NCBI GenBank assembly: GCA_965198175.1
Contig: OZ240245.1
Coordinates: 3,675,030-3,739,029 of the forward strand
Length of the DNA stretch: 64,000 nucleotides
Source: Candidatus Poribacteria bacterium
Lineage (GTDB): Bacteria > Poribacteria > WGA-4E > PCPOR2b
Reading direction: 5' to 3'
Shown: positions 47,365-56,676 of the stretch, piece by piece
How the letters are laid out: each line of letters begins with the position of its first letter
Numbering within the stretch: the first letter of the stretch is position 1
Notes under the pieces: generated by a model
Told to the model about the DNA's origin: nothing
The model's input: only the letters and a program-made list of their open reading frames with translations
Databases searched by the model: none
Program-made: the position numbers and the translations under genes

Positions 47365-49314
47365 CTATTTGCTTTGTGTCCGCCTTGCTTGTCGAATGGC
47401 ATGAAGCCCCTGCTGATAAGCTGGGTTATCCGGCTGTAGCGTCAGTGCTTTCTGGATGGTATCCTCTGCCTTCGCGTAGTTCTTGCTGCGGTAATACAAC
47501 CAAGACAGCGTGTTCAGGTATTCCGCCGAGTTGGGCTGAAGTTCGACTGCTTTTTGCGCTAGTTCAAGCGCTCTGTCGAGGTAGATGTCCTTGGCGCCGT
47601 ATAGATGTGCCAACCGTTCATAAGCATGGTGAAAAGAGGTCCCGAGAGAAATTGCCCGTTGATATGCCTGCTCTGCTTCATCAATCTGATTTCGCATCGT
47701 ATAGATTGTACCCAGGAAGTAGTGTGCATCAGCCATATCTGGTTGGCGTTTCAGCGCTGCATTCAAATTATCTGCACCCTCATCTAGCTGTCCTTCCTTG
47801 ACAGCGATAGCACCGAGGATGTAATACGGCTCAGCAAGGTCGGGGTCGTTTCTAACGACCTGTTTATAGTGATGAGCGGCCTGGCGAAACATCCCCTGGC
47901 GTAAGTAGACGCGGGCAAGACCTAGGTGAATCTTTGAATCGTTTAACCCAAAGGACAGAAGTTTTTCAAAGGCTTCCTGAGCCTCATGAAAACGGGACAG
48001 TTGAAAGGCAATATTGCCTAGGTTCTGCCACGCTACTGCGGAGTCGGGTTCGAACTCCAGAGCCTTGCGATACGCTGAATGGGCGCGTTCATACTCGTCT
48101 TCTTTTTTTGAAGTCTGAGCTTTCTTGAACCAGATTGATCCCAGGCCGCTATACGCAGCAGCGAGCTCTGGCTCTAGTTCAATCACGTGCTGTTGAGCCG
48201 CGATAGCCTCCTCAATACGCCCCTGCATGGCATAGATGTGAGCGAGTCCTTCAAAGGCCTCGGATGCGTTCGGATCATGGGTGAGTGCTTTGTTGAACTG
48301 CTGTATTGCCTCATCGTAAATCTTGTCACGGCTGTATTCCCAGCCCGGCTGTATGGACAGCGCATCAGCCTGTGCCATACTCTTGAGACCCTTGTCTATA
48401 GCATCCTTCGCCGCCAAATGTCCCTTAATTTGCCGATACCGCTCCATCTCTGTTGCCGCTTCCGCCGTTTTACCTTGCTTAAAATACAATAGCCCCAACT
48501 GGTAGCGAGCGCCTTCCATCTGGGCGTCAATGCGAATTGCCTCTTGGAACACTTCTACTGCTTCATCCTCCTGTTTCTGTGAGAGATAAACCAGTCCAAG
48601 TTGGAAATAGACCTTGGCGAGGGGCGGTCCCAAGCTGATAGCCCGTTCGTAGTGTTCGGCAGCTTGGTCAACCTTGCCCCGCTCAAACGCAATACGCCCA
48701 AGAAAGTAACTCACATGGGCTGGCAACAGCAAGTCCAGTTTATATGTCCCAGCTCCCGCCTGAGGTGAGGACGGTGCAGTTCGATACTGCCGAGATTCTG
48801 GCGACATCATGAGCAAAAAAGCTTTCTCGAATTCAGCGTGTGCTCGATCATAGTTGTGCCGTTGAAAGTGAACAATTCCCAACTGCGCGTGAGCCTGATC
48901 CCAGTCCGGGAAAAGGTGGATAGCTCGCTCAAGCACAGCTATCGCCTTTTCATATTTCTCCTGTAGGTAGTAGATGCCGCCCAAGCGATAGTACACACTG
49001 GTATCATTTGAATTCAACCGAAGCGCGCTTTCAAACGCCGCTTCTGCTTGGTCTGTCGCATCAAGTGACAAATACGCCAGACCGAGATTCAGGTGCGCCT
49101 CGGCGGACGTCGGGTTATCATCTACCGCCTTTTGATATTGAGCCACCGCTTGTGACAATCCCAGCGTCGCCTCCTGAGATTGTGCTGCTAGGCACAGTCC
49201 CAGCAGCATGACTGAAAAAAAGTCTACAATTCTACAACGGTCGCTTGTTCGAAGGGGGAAATATGCGTTCAAGAACGTCTCTTCATCTTCGCAGTCGTGT
49301 ATTTCGGTATCCAT
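47365..49314 (-). CDS. TPR-repeat protein (649 aa) with an N-terminal signal or anchor
   Basis: It has at least 14 TPR units. Confidence 0.7.
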   Translation of the reverse strand: MDTEIHDCEDEETFLNAYFPLRTSDRCRIVDFFSVMLLGLCLAAQSQEATLGLSQAVAQYQKAVDDNPTSAEAHLNLGLAYLSLDATDQAEAAFESALRLNSNDTSVYYRLGGIYYLQEKYEKAIAVLERAIHLFPDWDQAHAQLGIVHFQRHNYDRAHAEFEKAFLLMMSPESRQYRTAPSSPQAGAGTYKLDLLLPAHVSYFLGRIAFERGKVDQAAEHYERAISLGPPLAKVYFQLGLVYLSQKQEDEAVEVFQEAIRIDAQMEGARYQLGLLYFKQGKTAEAATEMERYRQIKGHLAAKDAIDKGLKSMAQADALSIQPGWEYSRDKIYDEAIQQFNKALTHDPNASEAFEGLAHIYAMQGRIEEAIAAQQHVIELEPELAAAYSGLGSIWFKKAQTSKKEDEYERAHSAYRKALEFEPDSAVAWQNLGNIAFQLSRFHEAQEAFEKLLSFGLNDSKIHLGLARVYLRQGMFRQAAHHYKQVVRNDPDLAEPYYILGAIAVKEGQLDEGADNLNAALKRQPDMADAHYFLGTIYTMRNQIDEAEQAYQRAISLGTSFHHAYERLAHLYGAKDIYLDRALELAQKAVELQPNSAEYLNTLSWLYYRSKNYAKAEDTIQKALTLQPDNPAYQQGLHAIRQARRTQSK

Positions 49315-49341
49315 TAAATTGATACTGGATTCTAGGTAATG

Positions 49342-50391
49342 TTAATTGCTCGGTCCCAACTGTTTGAGCCATCCCCAAGTTAACGGGCGCTTTTCAACGG
49401 GCGAAACTTCGAAAGGTGGCGCAGGAAATGCGGGATCGAACCAAGCGGGAGAACGGGCGCGCTTGCCTTTTTCTAGCACTAGAATCTGTACAAAATTCAT
49501 TGCTGCCTTGAGCTCCGCTTCAAGCGTTTCCCCGGCGCCAAGATTGCCGATCTCGTTGTAAATAAAGATACCCTGTGGAAAAGACAAGGAGGCTATGCGT
49601 TTTCCGTCCGGAGACCAAGTTGCGTCCTTCTTTTCCTCTGTACTCTTGATCCACCGCTGATTCTCTCCATCTGGATCAATGAGGTAAACGTCGCCCGTTC
49701 CATCTCGGCGAGACACCCAAGCCAACGTTAGACCGTCTGGCGACCACTTCGGTTGTATGTCCTGACCCTTATGATTGCTGAGATTCTGCAGGTTTTCGCC
49801 TTTCGCATCCATCACATATAGGTCTGCAATCGTCCGACCTCGCTTGGTCGAGAACGCAATCTTTCGGCCATCTGGCGACCACGACGGTTCGGTGTCAGGC
49901 GCAGCATCCCCCGTGAGATTCGCGCCGACGTTCCCTTGAGCCGTCATTGTGTAGATTTCAAAGTTCCCGTCACGTTTGGTGGCGAAGGCGAGCTTTTGAC
50001 CGCTGGGGTGCCAAGTCGGCCAGCTATCTTCCGCCTCATGCTCGGTGAGCCTTCGGAGATTCTCGCCGTCAGCTCTAATCGTATAGATGTCAATGTTATT
50101 CGTCAAATCAGTATGGAAAGCCAGCATTTCACCGTTTGGGGACCATACCAAGCCCGTAGGTACAGGTTCCCCGCCAATTTCCAAAAGCAGGAGGCGATTT
50201 TCGCCAGCGGGATCCATTGACCAAATGCCAACCTCACCTCCCACCCCGTTGGTACCGATCGCAATGGTTGGTCCCACAGGCGCTTGTGCCCGTGCGCTCA
50301 CTAGCAGGACAACACCGTTCAAGATAAGCACGCCGATGAACACAACAGGCGCGCATATGTTCCGAATCTGCACAACTTGTCTGATTTGCAT
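49342..50391 (-). CDS. TolB-like periplasmic beta-propeller, paralogue 4
   Basis: PD40 repeats are present. The tail SPAWFDPAF..VSPVEKRPLTWGWLKQLG is conserved. Confidence 0.7.
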   Translation of the reverse strand: MQIRQVVQIRNICAPVVFIGVLILNGVVLLVSARAQAPVGPTIAIGTNGVGGEVGIWSMDPAGENRLLLLEIGGEPVPTGLVWSPNGEMLAFHTDLTNNIDIYTIRADGENLRRLTEHEAEDSWPTWHPSGQKLAFATKRDGNFEIYTMTAQGNVGANLTGDAAPDTEPSWSPDGRKIAFSTKRGRTIADLYVMDAKGENLQNLSNHKGQDIQPKWSPDGLTLAWVSRRDGTGDVYLIDPDGENQRWIKSTEEKKDATWSPDGKRIASLSFPQGIFIYNEIGNLGAGETLEAELKAAMNFVQILVLEKGKRARSPAWFDPAFPAPPFEVSPVEKRPLTWGWLKQLGPSN

Positions 50392-50621
50392 AGCGTATCA
50401 CCTCTTTGTGTAGTTGAAATTCTACGGAGAAGTCCGGAATTGCGAGAGAACTCTTGAACTACTGTTTCTCCGGACTTCTCACACTTACTCAGATACAGAC
50501 TTATTCAAGTCGTTAAATCGCGGTAATAGTTTACGCGTCCTATCTTGAAAGAGTCTAGAACTTGCTCAAGTATCCATCCGAAGTTTATTTTATCGCATAC
50601 TTCATCAATGCTGCTAGCAAT

Positions 50622-52349
50622 CTACTCACCACTGGGCTCTGTGACGACAATCTCCTGATTCGGCGCAAGATTTTTCAGAATTTGTAAAATTCCGCTCGGC
50701 CAAAGAATCTCAAGGCGATCCACTATGGCATAATCGCCGAGACCAAAGAGGCAGCGTGGATCATTACTACACAGAATACTTGAACCAGCGCGCACCTCTT
50801 GAACCCACGACTGAGAGCCCACTGTCAATGTCAGCCGTGCACCGATTCCGTCCCGATTGCTAATCACACCCACGAACTTTACCCGCAGCCAATTGTGGTG
50901 ATTGCCACCTTCATTTCGCAGCAATTCCGCAGGCTGATTCACTTGTGTCGTCACTATATCCAAATCGCCATCGTTGTCGTAATCCCCAAAGATTGCACCA
51001 CGGCTGACACTTTCACGCTGAAAATACGTTCCCGAGTCGAACGACACCTCGGTGAACGTACCATCTCCGTTGTTATGAAATAGTTGATTGCGCTGTGCAT
51101 AAGTAAGAGTGTCTGTTACCTGCGCAATATTGTCAATTATATGTCCATTCGCGATGAAGATATCCAGATATCCATCGTTATCATAATCAAAAAAGCGTGT
51201 GCCAAAACCTACAAAGAGGAAGCTCCCCTCCCCTAGACGGGCGCCGTAAATCACATCAGAAAACGTCCCATCCCCGTTGTTCTGGTAGAGTGCGTTCGTT
51301 TCATAGGATAGGTTGGTGACAAAGATGTCCTGAAACCCATCCCCATTATAGTCACCTGCATCAACCCCCATACCAGCCTGTGCCACACCATTGAAGCTAT
51401 AAGCGCAGCCTGCTAGTAGCCCCATCTCGGTGAATGTACCGTCTCCATTGTTGTAGAAAAGGTAGTTTGGGGTATCGTCGTTGGCGACATAGATATCTAC
51501 TTCACCGTCGCTGTTGAAATCCGCTGCGACGACGCCCAATCCTTTCCCGCTATGGGGTCCTTCAATTGCTTTGAACCCTGCAGCTTCGGTGACGTTCGTG
51601 AATGTACCATCTCCATTATTGTGAAAAAGCTGATCGGGCACTCCGTCGAAGTTTTTGGGGTGACAGAGAATGCGAATCCCGTCGACTTCACAGGGAGCGT
51701 GGGGAATTTCCAGCGAATACCGCAGATAGTTAACCACGTAGAGGTCGAGGTTCCCATCACGGTCGTAATCAAGAAAAGTGGCGCTGCTGCCCCACAACGG
51801 GTCTCCTACCCCCGCGGCTTCGGTGACATTCGTAAAAGTGCCATCGCCGTTGTTCCGATAAAGCACATTGGGTCCCAAGTTCGTCACGTATAAATCGGGG
51901 TCCCCATCATTGTCATAATCACCGCAGGCAGCGCCGATGCCATAATTCCCGATGTTGCCCGCGCCTGCCTCACTAGTAGCATTCGTGAATGTGCCATCGC
52001 CATTGTTGCGATAGAGAACACTTGTGTACGATTCCTCCGACGGTTCGCCTGGTAAATCACCGCTGTTGACGAGATAGAGATCGAGGTCCCCATCGGTGTC
52101 ATAGTCAAAAAACGCTCCGCCAGCGCCGAGCTGTTCGGGCAAATGGTAATCACCCTTTGCCCCATTCTCGTGCCGAAACTGAATCCCCGCCTCCGCTGTC
52201 ACATCAATGAACTGAATCCGATGCTCATCTGCACATACGTTGAGGTATATCAGCATGAACACTGCTGCAGAAAAGCGCGTGAGATTTGAGTCGAATGTTT
52301 CCGATTGGCTACTGTTGATTGTCGATGTCCTTTGCCAGACGAAAGCCAA
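50622..52349 (-). CDS. CRTAC1-family FG-GAP/VCBS repeat protein with a C-terminal ASPIC/UnbV domain
   Basis: It has repeated FxDYDNDGDxDxY integrin-like motifs. The C-terminus carries RDGIGARLTL..WPSG. Confidence 0.75.
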   Translation of the reverse strand: MAFVWQRTSTINSSQSETFDSNLTRFSAAVFMLIYLNVCADEHRIQFIDVTAEAGIQFRHENGAKGDYHLPEQLGAGGAFFDYDTDGDLDLYLVNSGDLPGEPSEESYTSVLYRNNGDGTFTNATSEAGAGNIGNYGIGAACGDYDNDGDPDLYVTNLGPNVLYRNNGDGTFTNVTEAAGVGDPLWGSSATFLDYDRDGNLDLYVVNYLRYSLEIPHAPCEVDGIRILCHPKNFDGVPDQLFHNNGDGTFTNVTEAAGFKAIEGPHSGKGLGVVAADFNSDGEVDIYVANDDTPNYLFYNNGDGTFTEMGLLAGCAYSFNGVAQAGMGVDAGDYNGDGFQDIFVTNLSYETNALYQNNGDGTFSDVIYGARLGEGSFLFVGFGTRFFDYDNDGYLDIFIANGHIIDNIAQVTDTLTYAQRNQLFHNNGDGTFTEVSFDSGTYFQRESVSRGAIFGDYDNDGDLDIVTTQVNQPAELLRNEGGNHHNWLRVKFVGVISNRDGIGARLTLTVGSQSWVQEVRAGSSILCSNDPRCLFGLGDYAIVDRLEILWPSGILQILKNLAPNQEIVVTEPSGE

Positions 52350-53172
52350 TAAAACTCGTTCCGATTGCAGAATGGTGCCCCATGCGCGTCATACATCGGG
52401 CTAGTTGCGGTCTATTAGCCCAGGAACCGCCCCGCACTACGCGGCGGCTCCCCACCTCAGGACCTGGTGGATTTTGGGAAGGGCTCCGGTAGTAGTATGA
52501 TTCGGAAAACCAATCTGCGACCCACTCCCAAACATTTCCGCCCATATCAAGTACGCCATATGGACTTGCACCAGTCGGATAGTTCCCCACCGGTGCCAGC
52601 CCGTTGTCATAACCATCCCGCCCATTCCACACATTAGCGTGAACATTTGCCCCGCCAATCGAAACGAAGAAGGCGTTGCCCCAAGGCCAAACACGTTCGT
52701 CCGTTCCGCGCGCCGCTTTCTCCCATTCTGCTTCTGTCGGCAGCCGTTTTTTCACCCATTTCGCATAGGCGTCGGCAGCGTTCCAAGAAACACCTACGAC
52801 CGGATAGTTTGGCTTCGTCTGCGCAATCTGAGGCCAATCACCGATACCAATCTCTTCACCGTAACTAACAGGAGTGTACGCGCTGTTTTCCCCGCCATCA
52901 GACTTCCAGAAAGAAAGATATTCCGCGTTGGTGACCTCGTGTTTGTCGATGTAATACGCATCAAGCGAAATTTGGTGTGCGGGTTTTGTGCCAATTCCTC
53001 CTGCACCGTCGCCCATGGTGAATTTACCGGTGGGGACCAACACCATCCCGTCAGGTGGCGCCATAGGTTTCTGGCGTTCAGCCGACACAGAGCGCACTTC
53101 GCTTGTCAGGAGATTCAGGATAACCCCGAAGGTACAAAAAAGATAGAAGGTGATACGATAGTTAGTTGACAT
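52309..53172 (-). CDS. formylglycine-generating enzyme (SUMF1/FGE-sulfatase domain) family protein
   Basis: Motifs include ..YYIDKHEVTNAEY.., ..GNVWEW.. and ..RVVRGGSW.. The protein is 287 aa. Confidence 0.75.
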   Translation of the reverse strand: MSTNYRITFYLFCTFGVILNLLTSEVRSVSAERQKPMAPPDGMVLVPTGKFTMGDGAGGIGTKPAHQISLDAYYIDKHEVTNAEYLSFWKSDGGENSAYTPVSYGEEIGIGDWPQIAQTKPNYPVVGVSWNAADAYAKWVKKRLPTEAEWEKAARGTDERVWPWGNAFFVSIGGANVHANVWNGRDGYDNGLAPVGNYPTGASPYGVLDMGGNVWEWVADWFSESYYYRSPSQNPPGPEVGSRRVVRGGSWANRPQLARCMTRMGHHSAIGTSFIGFRLAKDIDNQQ

Positions 53173-53183
53173 CGTAAACTAGC

Positions 53184-54482
53184 TTATTTTTCAGTCGTGA
53201 GGCGCTGATACAGACGGTATTCTTCTTTCGCCATTGCGCTGTCTCCTACGAGCTCATAGGTTTTCGATAGATTCAAGTGAAAACGTGATTCGGAAGGGTT
53301 TAGACTAATCGCCGATTGAAACTGTTCAATGGCTTGGGGGTATTTCCCCATCATCGAATAGATACCGCCGAGACTGTTCCGATACGTCGCAACGTTGGGG
53401 CGGCGCTGAACAACCTCTTGATATGCCTCCAATGCTTTCCCGTAGACTTTCAATTGGAAATAAACGTAACCTAGAGCTTCGTAGCCGCGCACGGATTGTG
53501 GGTTGAGCGCGATGCACTTTTCAAACGCGAAGGCGGCAGCACCCCATTGAGCCCGTCCCATTTGAAGACGCCCCAACCGATACCATGCTTCAAGGTTTGT
53601 GGCGTCACTTCCTACTAGGCGTTGGAGACGCTCAATCTCTTCCTCCTCACGGGTCAACCTTTGAAAGGTTTCTAAAGCCTCCTTTCCTTCTTCTGACCGG
53701 TCCATACGGCGATAACAGTTCCCAAGACTCAGGTATGCCTTGGCATGGAACGCATCCTGCTCGATTATCTGTTTGAAGTGTACACTCGCTGTTTCAAATT
53801 CACCCCGCTGGAAATAAGCTAAGCCGAGCGTATAAAACGCCTCTGCTCGCGACGGGTCAAGTTCTATGGCGCGCTGGAGTTCATAAATCGAATCATTAAG
53901 CCGATGCTGTCGAAAGTACGCTATACCCAAAAGCCGATAGCTTTCTGCATGATGAGGATCCATCTGAACCGCTTTCTGAAGCGGCGGAATCGCCTTCGAT
54001 GCCTGCGCCAGCACTTTCAGGTATGTATCACCCAATTTGTAGTAGGCTTCAATGTAGTTCGGATCCGCAATCGTAGCTTGTTGAAACGCATGAGATGCGC
54101 TGTTCCACTGTTGCTGCGCCCCGTAAACCATTCCTAGGTAGTAGTGTGCGTCCGATAGTGACGAGTCAAGCGTGACGGCGCGCTGGAAGGCCACCTGCGC
54201 CTTTTCATAATCTCGACGAAAAATAGCACGCTGCCCTTCGTCGTAAGCTCGAGCGGCTTGATGAGTCTCGAAATTCGCCTTAGTGGCTTCCATTCCTCCC
54301 ACGGCAGACAGCACCCAAATAACGCTTGCTAGAAGTGGTACATTCCATGTCTTTTTGGGAATTTCTTCTATCATCACAAAATGTAAACAGATAAGGAAAA
54401 ACCCATCCCGCACACGTGTCCACGACGGGTTTTTCCTGAAACCAAATCCACTCAGAGCGTCATGAGTTTTACGGGCTAACAT
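53184..54482 (-). CDS. TPR-repeat protein; the true start is probably M37 at 54374, because the first 36 track codons overlie the LamG terminator hairpin
   Basis: It has at least 9 TPR units. After M37 comes a signal-like segment VPLLASVIWVLSAVGG. Confidence 0.65.
   Translation of the reverse strand: MLARKTHDALSGFGFRKNPSWTRVRDGFFLICLHFVMIEEIPKKTWNVPLLASVIWVLSAVGGMEATKANFETHQAARAYDEGQRAIFRRDYEKAQVAFQRAVTLDSSLSDAHYYLGMVYGAQQQWNSASHAFQQATIADPNYIEAYYKLGDTYLKVLAQASKAIPPLQKAVQMDPHHAESYRLLGIAYFRQHRLNDSIYELQRAIELDPSRAEAFYTLGLAYFQRGEFETASVHFKQIIEQDAFHAKAYLSLGNCYRRMDRSEEGKEALETFQRLTREEEEIERLQRLVGSDATNLEAWYRLGRLQMGRAQWGAAAFAFEKCIALNPQSVRGYEALGYVYFQLKVYGKALEAYQEVVQRRPNVATYRNSLGGIYSMMGKYPQAIEQFQSAISLNPSESRFHLNLSKTYELVGDSAMAKEEYRLYQRLTTEK
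54396..54437 (-). terminator. bidirectional intrinsic terminator downstream of LamG paralogue 1 (A5-CCCaTCC..GGaCGGG-T5)
   Basis: The stem-loop is flanked by an A-tract and a T-tract. It is homologous to 56547-56585. Confidence 0.5.
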
Positions 54483-54499
54483 TACTCACAACGTTGCGG

Positions 54500-55405
54500 T
54501 TAAGGGGTGACATGCCATAGCTTTTTGCTGGTCTTTATCTCCGCCCATGTTGTGGACAATTTCTCAGCCGGTGCAACACTGAGCGCAGCAGCAACTGCAA
54601 GCCCGTCCCGCATGATAGATGATATCTCATCTTCGCTCAAAACCCTGCTGAATACCCCGATGTCGTCCACTGTGACTTGAGCAGAAGAACCGAATCTGCC
54701 GCAAATATGCCAAGGACCGTGTTCATCGGTCCGAATAAAGGGTTTCGCACCGGGACCCCGATGCATGAATTCACCATTAAGGTAAATTACTGTCTCTTCA
54801 CTGTTGCCCGTAAACGCATAGTGATTCATCTCCCCGCCGTTTGCAGGAAACCACCAGTGACCGCGCTGGGGAGGTTTACCGTACTGCCACATGATAAACT
54901 CCCCCGCGCCGTCATCCCATGGAAAATGGACCAAAATGCGTTGGTCCCACGGACCGCCGGGCTCGTAGGAAAATAGATCTTTCTGCGCCGCGCTGCCGAT
55001 TTTATCGTTGCGCTGCACCCATGCGGTTATGGTAATTGCTGTCTCATCGGGAAGATCGCCGGCAGCCTCATCATCCTCGTCAGGACCCAAGCGCTCATCC
55101 TTGATGAAATTCGGGATGCTGATAACGCTGCCCTCACCTTCACATTTCAGAGCCTTGCCGAACTTGCCGTCAACCCACTTTGGTTTTTCTCCAGGGTTAA
55201 CCCCCCAGTGACCGCCTTCCAACGTGCCGTCCATGTCATGAGGGTTGCCCGAAGCATCTTCGACTATGCCGCCTTCGCCTTCATCAAAGAGCCAAATGGC
55301 AATGATGTCGGCGGGGTCCAGTGCAGCGAACGTTGGGACGGCAAGCAGCAGCCCCACGAGTGCAACAGTGCTGACACATGCCAGCGTTCTTAGCATAGAT
55401 TTCAT
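54500..55405 (-). CDS. secreted LamG_3/concanavalin-A-like lectin domain protein, paralogue 1
   Basis: It has a signal peptide. The stretch IAIWLFDEGEG..SGNPHDMDGTLEGG..WVDGKFGKALKCEGEGSVISIPN matches the LamG_3 pattern. So does the C-terminal VDDIGVFSRVLSEDEI. Confidence 0.7.
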   Translation of the reverse strand: MKSMLRTLACVSTVALVGLLLAVPTFAALDPADIIAIWLFDEGEGGIVEDASGNPHDMDGTLEGGHWGVNPGEKPKWVDGKFGKALKCEGEGSVISIPNFIKDERLGPDEDDEAAGDLPDETAITITAWVQRNDKIGSAAQKDLFSYEPGGPWDQRILVHFPWDDGAGEFIMWQYGKPPQRGHWWFPANGGEMNHYAFTGNSEETVIYLNGEFMHRGPGAKPFIRTDEHGPWHICGRFGSSAQVTVDDIGVFSRVLSEDEISSIMRDGLAVAAALSVAPAEKLSTTWAEIKTSKKLWHVTP

Positions 55406-55596
55406 TTAGCATTACCTCCATCTGCAGCCGGTACGGTATAGGATGGCTGAATGCATACCGCTATAGAAAATCCCATCCCGAATACCTGTACACGGCGAGT
55501 TTTTCCAAAACCAAATCTACGTACAACGGCGCAAGTTGTTAAACCGCTAGATTAGCATTACTCACGTCGTTGTGGTTAAGAGTAGACATATCTTAG

Positions 55597-56487
55597 CTAT
55601 TTACTGGTCTTTATCACCCCCCATGTTGTTGACAATTTTTCAGCCGGTTCAACATCGAGGGCAGCAGCAACTGCAAGCCCTTCCCGCATGATTGATGATA
55701 TCTCATCTTCGCTCAAAACCCGGCTGAATACTCCGATGTCGTCCACTGTGATTTGAGCGGAAGAACCAAATCTGCCGCAAATGTGCCAAGGGCCATGTGC
55801 AACCGTCCGAACAAACGGTTTCGCACCGGCGCCTACTTGGACAACTTCGCCGTTCTGGTATATGACTGTCTCATTACCCTCACCCGTAAAGGCGTAGTGG
55901 TTCATCTCCCCGCCGTTGGCAGGAAACCGCCAGTTTGCACCCCGGAAAAATTGTTGACCGCCATACTGCCACATGATTAACTCGCCCTCGCCGTCATCCC
56001 ATGGAAAGTGGACCAGGATTCGGTTATCCCACGGACCACCGGGCTCATGGGCGAAGAGATCTCGCTGCGCCGCGCTACCGATTTTATCGTTGCGCCGCGC
56101 CCATACGGTAATGGTAATCGTTGTCTCGTCGGGAAGATTGCCGCCAGCCTCATCGTCCTCGTCCGGACCCAAGCGCTCATCCTTGATGAAATTCGGGATG
56201 CTGATAACGCTGCCCTCACCTTCACATTTCAGAGCCTTGCCGAACTTGCCGTCAACCCACTTTGGTTTTTCTCCAGGGTTAACCCCCCAGTGACCGCCTT
56301 CCAACGTGCCGTCCATGTCATGAGGGTTGCCCGAAGCATCTTCGACTATGCCGCCTTCGCCTTCATCAAAGAGCCAAATGGCAATGATGTCGGCGGGGTC
56401 CAGTGCAGCGAACGTTGGGACGGCAAGCAGCAGCCCCACGAGTGCAACAGTGCTGACACATGCCAGCGTTCTTAGCATAGATTTCAT
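55597..56487 (-). CDS. secreted LamG_3 domain protein, paralogue 2
   Basis: Its N-terminal 115 aa are identical to paralogue 1. Its central block is identical to paralogue 3. Confidence 0.7.
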   Translation of the reverse strand: MKSMLRTLACVSTVALVGLLLAVPTFAALDPADIIAIWLFDEGEGGIVEDASGNPHDMDGTLEGGHWGVNPGEKPKWVDGKFGKALKCEGEGSVISIPNFIKDERLGPDEDDEAGGNLPDETTITITVWARRNDKIGSAAQRDLFAHEPGGPWDNRILVHFPWDDGEGELIMWQYGGQQFFRGANWRFPANGGEMNHYAFTGEGNETVIYQNGEVVQVGAGAKPFVRTVAHGPWHICGRFGSSAQITVDDIGVFSRVLSEDEISSIMREGLAVAAALDVEPAEKLSTTWGVIKTSK

Positions 56488-56546
56488 TTAGCATTGCCTC
56501 CATCTACACCCAGTATCGTATATGATGCCGCATACATACAGGTAAA

Positions 56547-56585
56547 GAAAAACCCGTCCTACCACACACGTGCGGGACGGGTTTT
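56547..56585 (-). terminator. bidirectional intrinsic terminator downstream of LamG paralogue 3 (A5-CCCGTCC-loop-GGACGGG-T5)
   Basis: It has a 7-8-bp GC stem and a 14-nt loop with U/A tracts on both sides. Confidence 0.6.
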
Positions 56586-56676
56586 TAGGAACCAAAACTA
56601 CTTAAGCGCCGCGAGTTGCTAAGTGTTATCACTTCCATTACTCACAGTGCTTCGGTTAAGGGACGACAAGGCAAAA

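Noticed and set aside
54375-54482. N-terminal 36 codons of the TPR ORF in the track (MLARKTHDALSGFGFRKNPSWTRVRDGFFL..)
   Set aside because: This stretch is the A5-hairpin-T5 terminator of the upstream LamG gene read in frame. The real start is M37 at 54374, which is followed by a signal-like segment.
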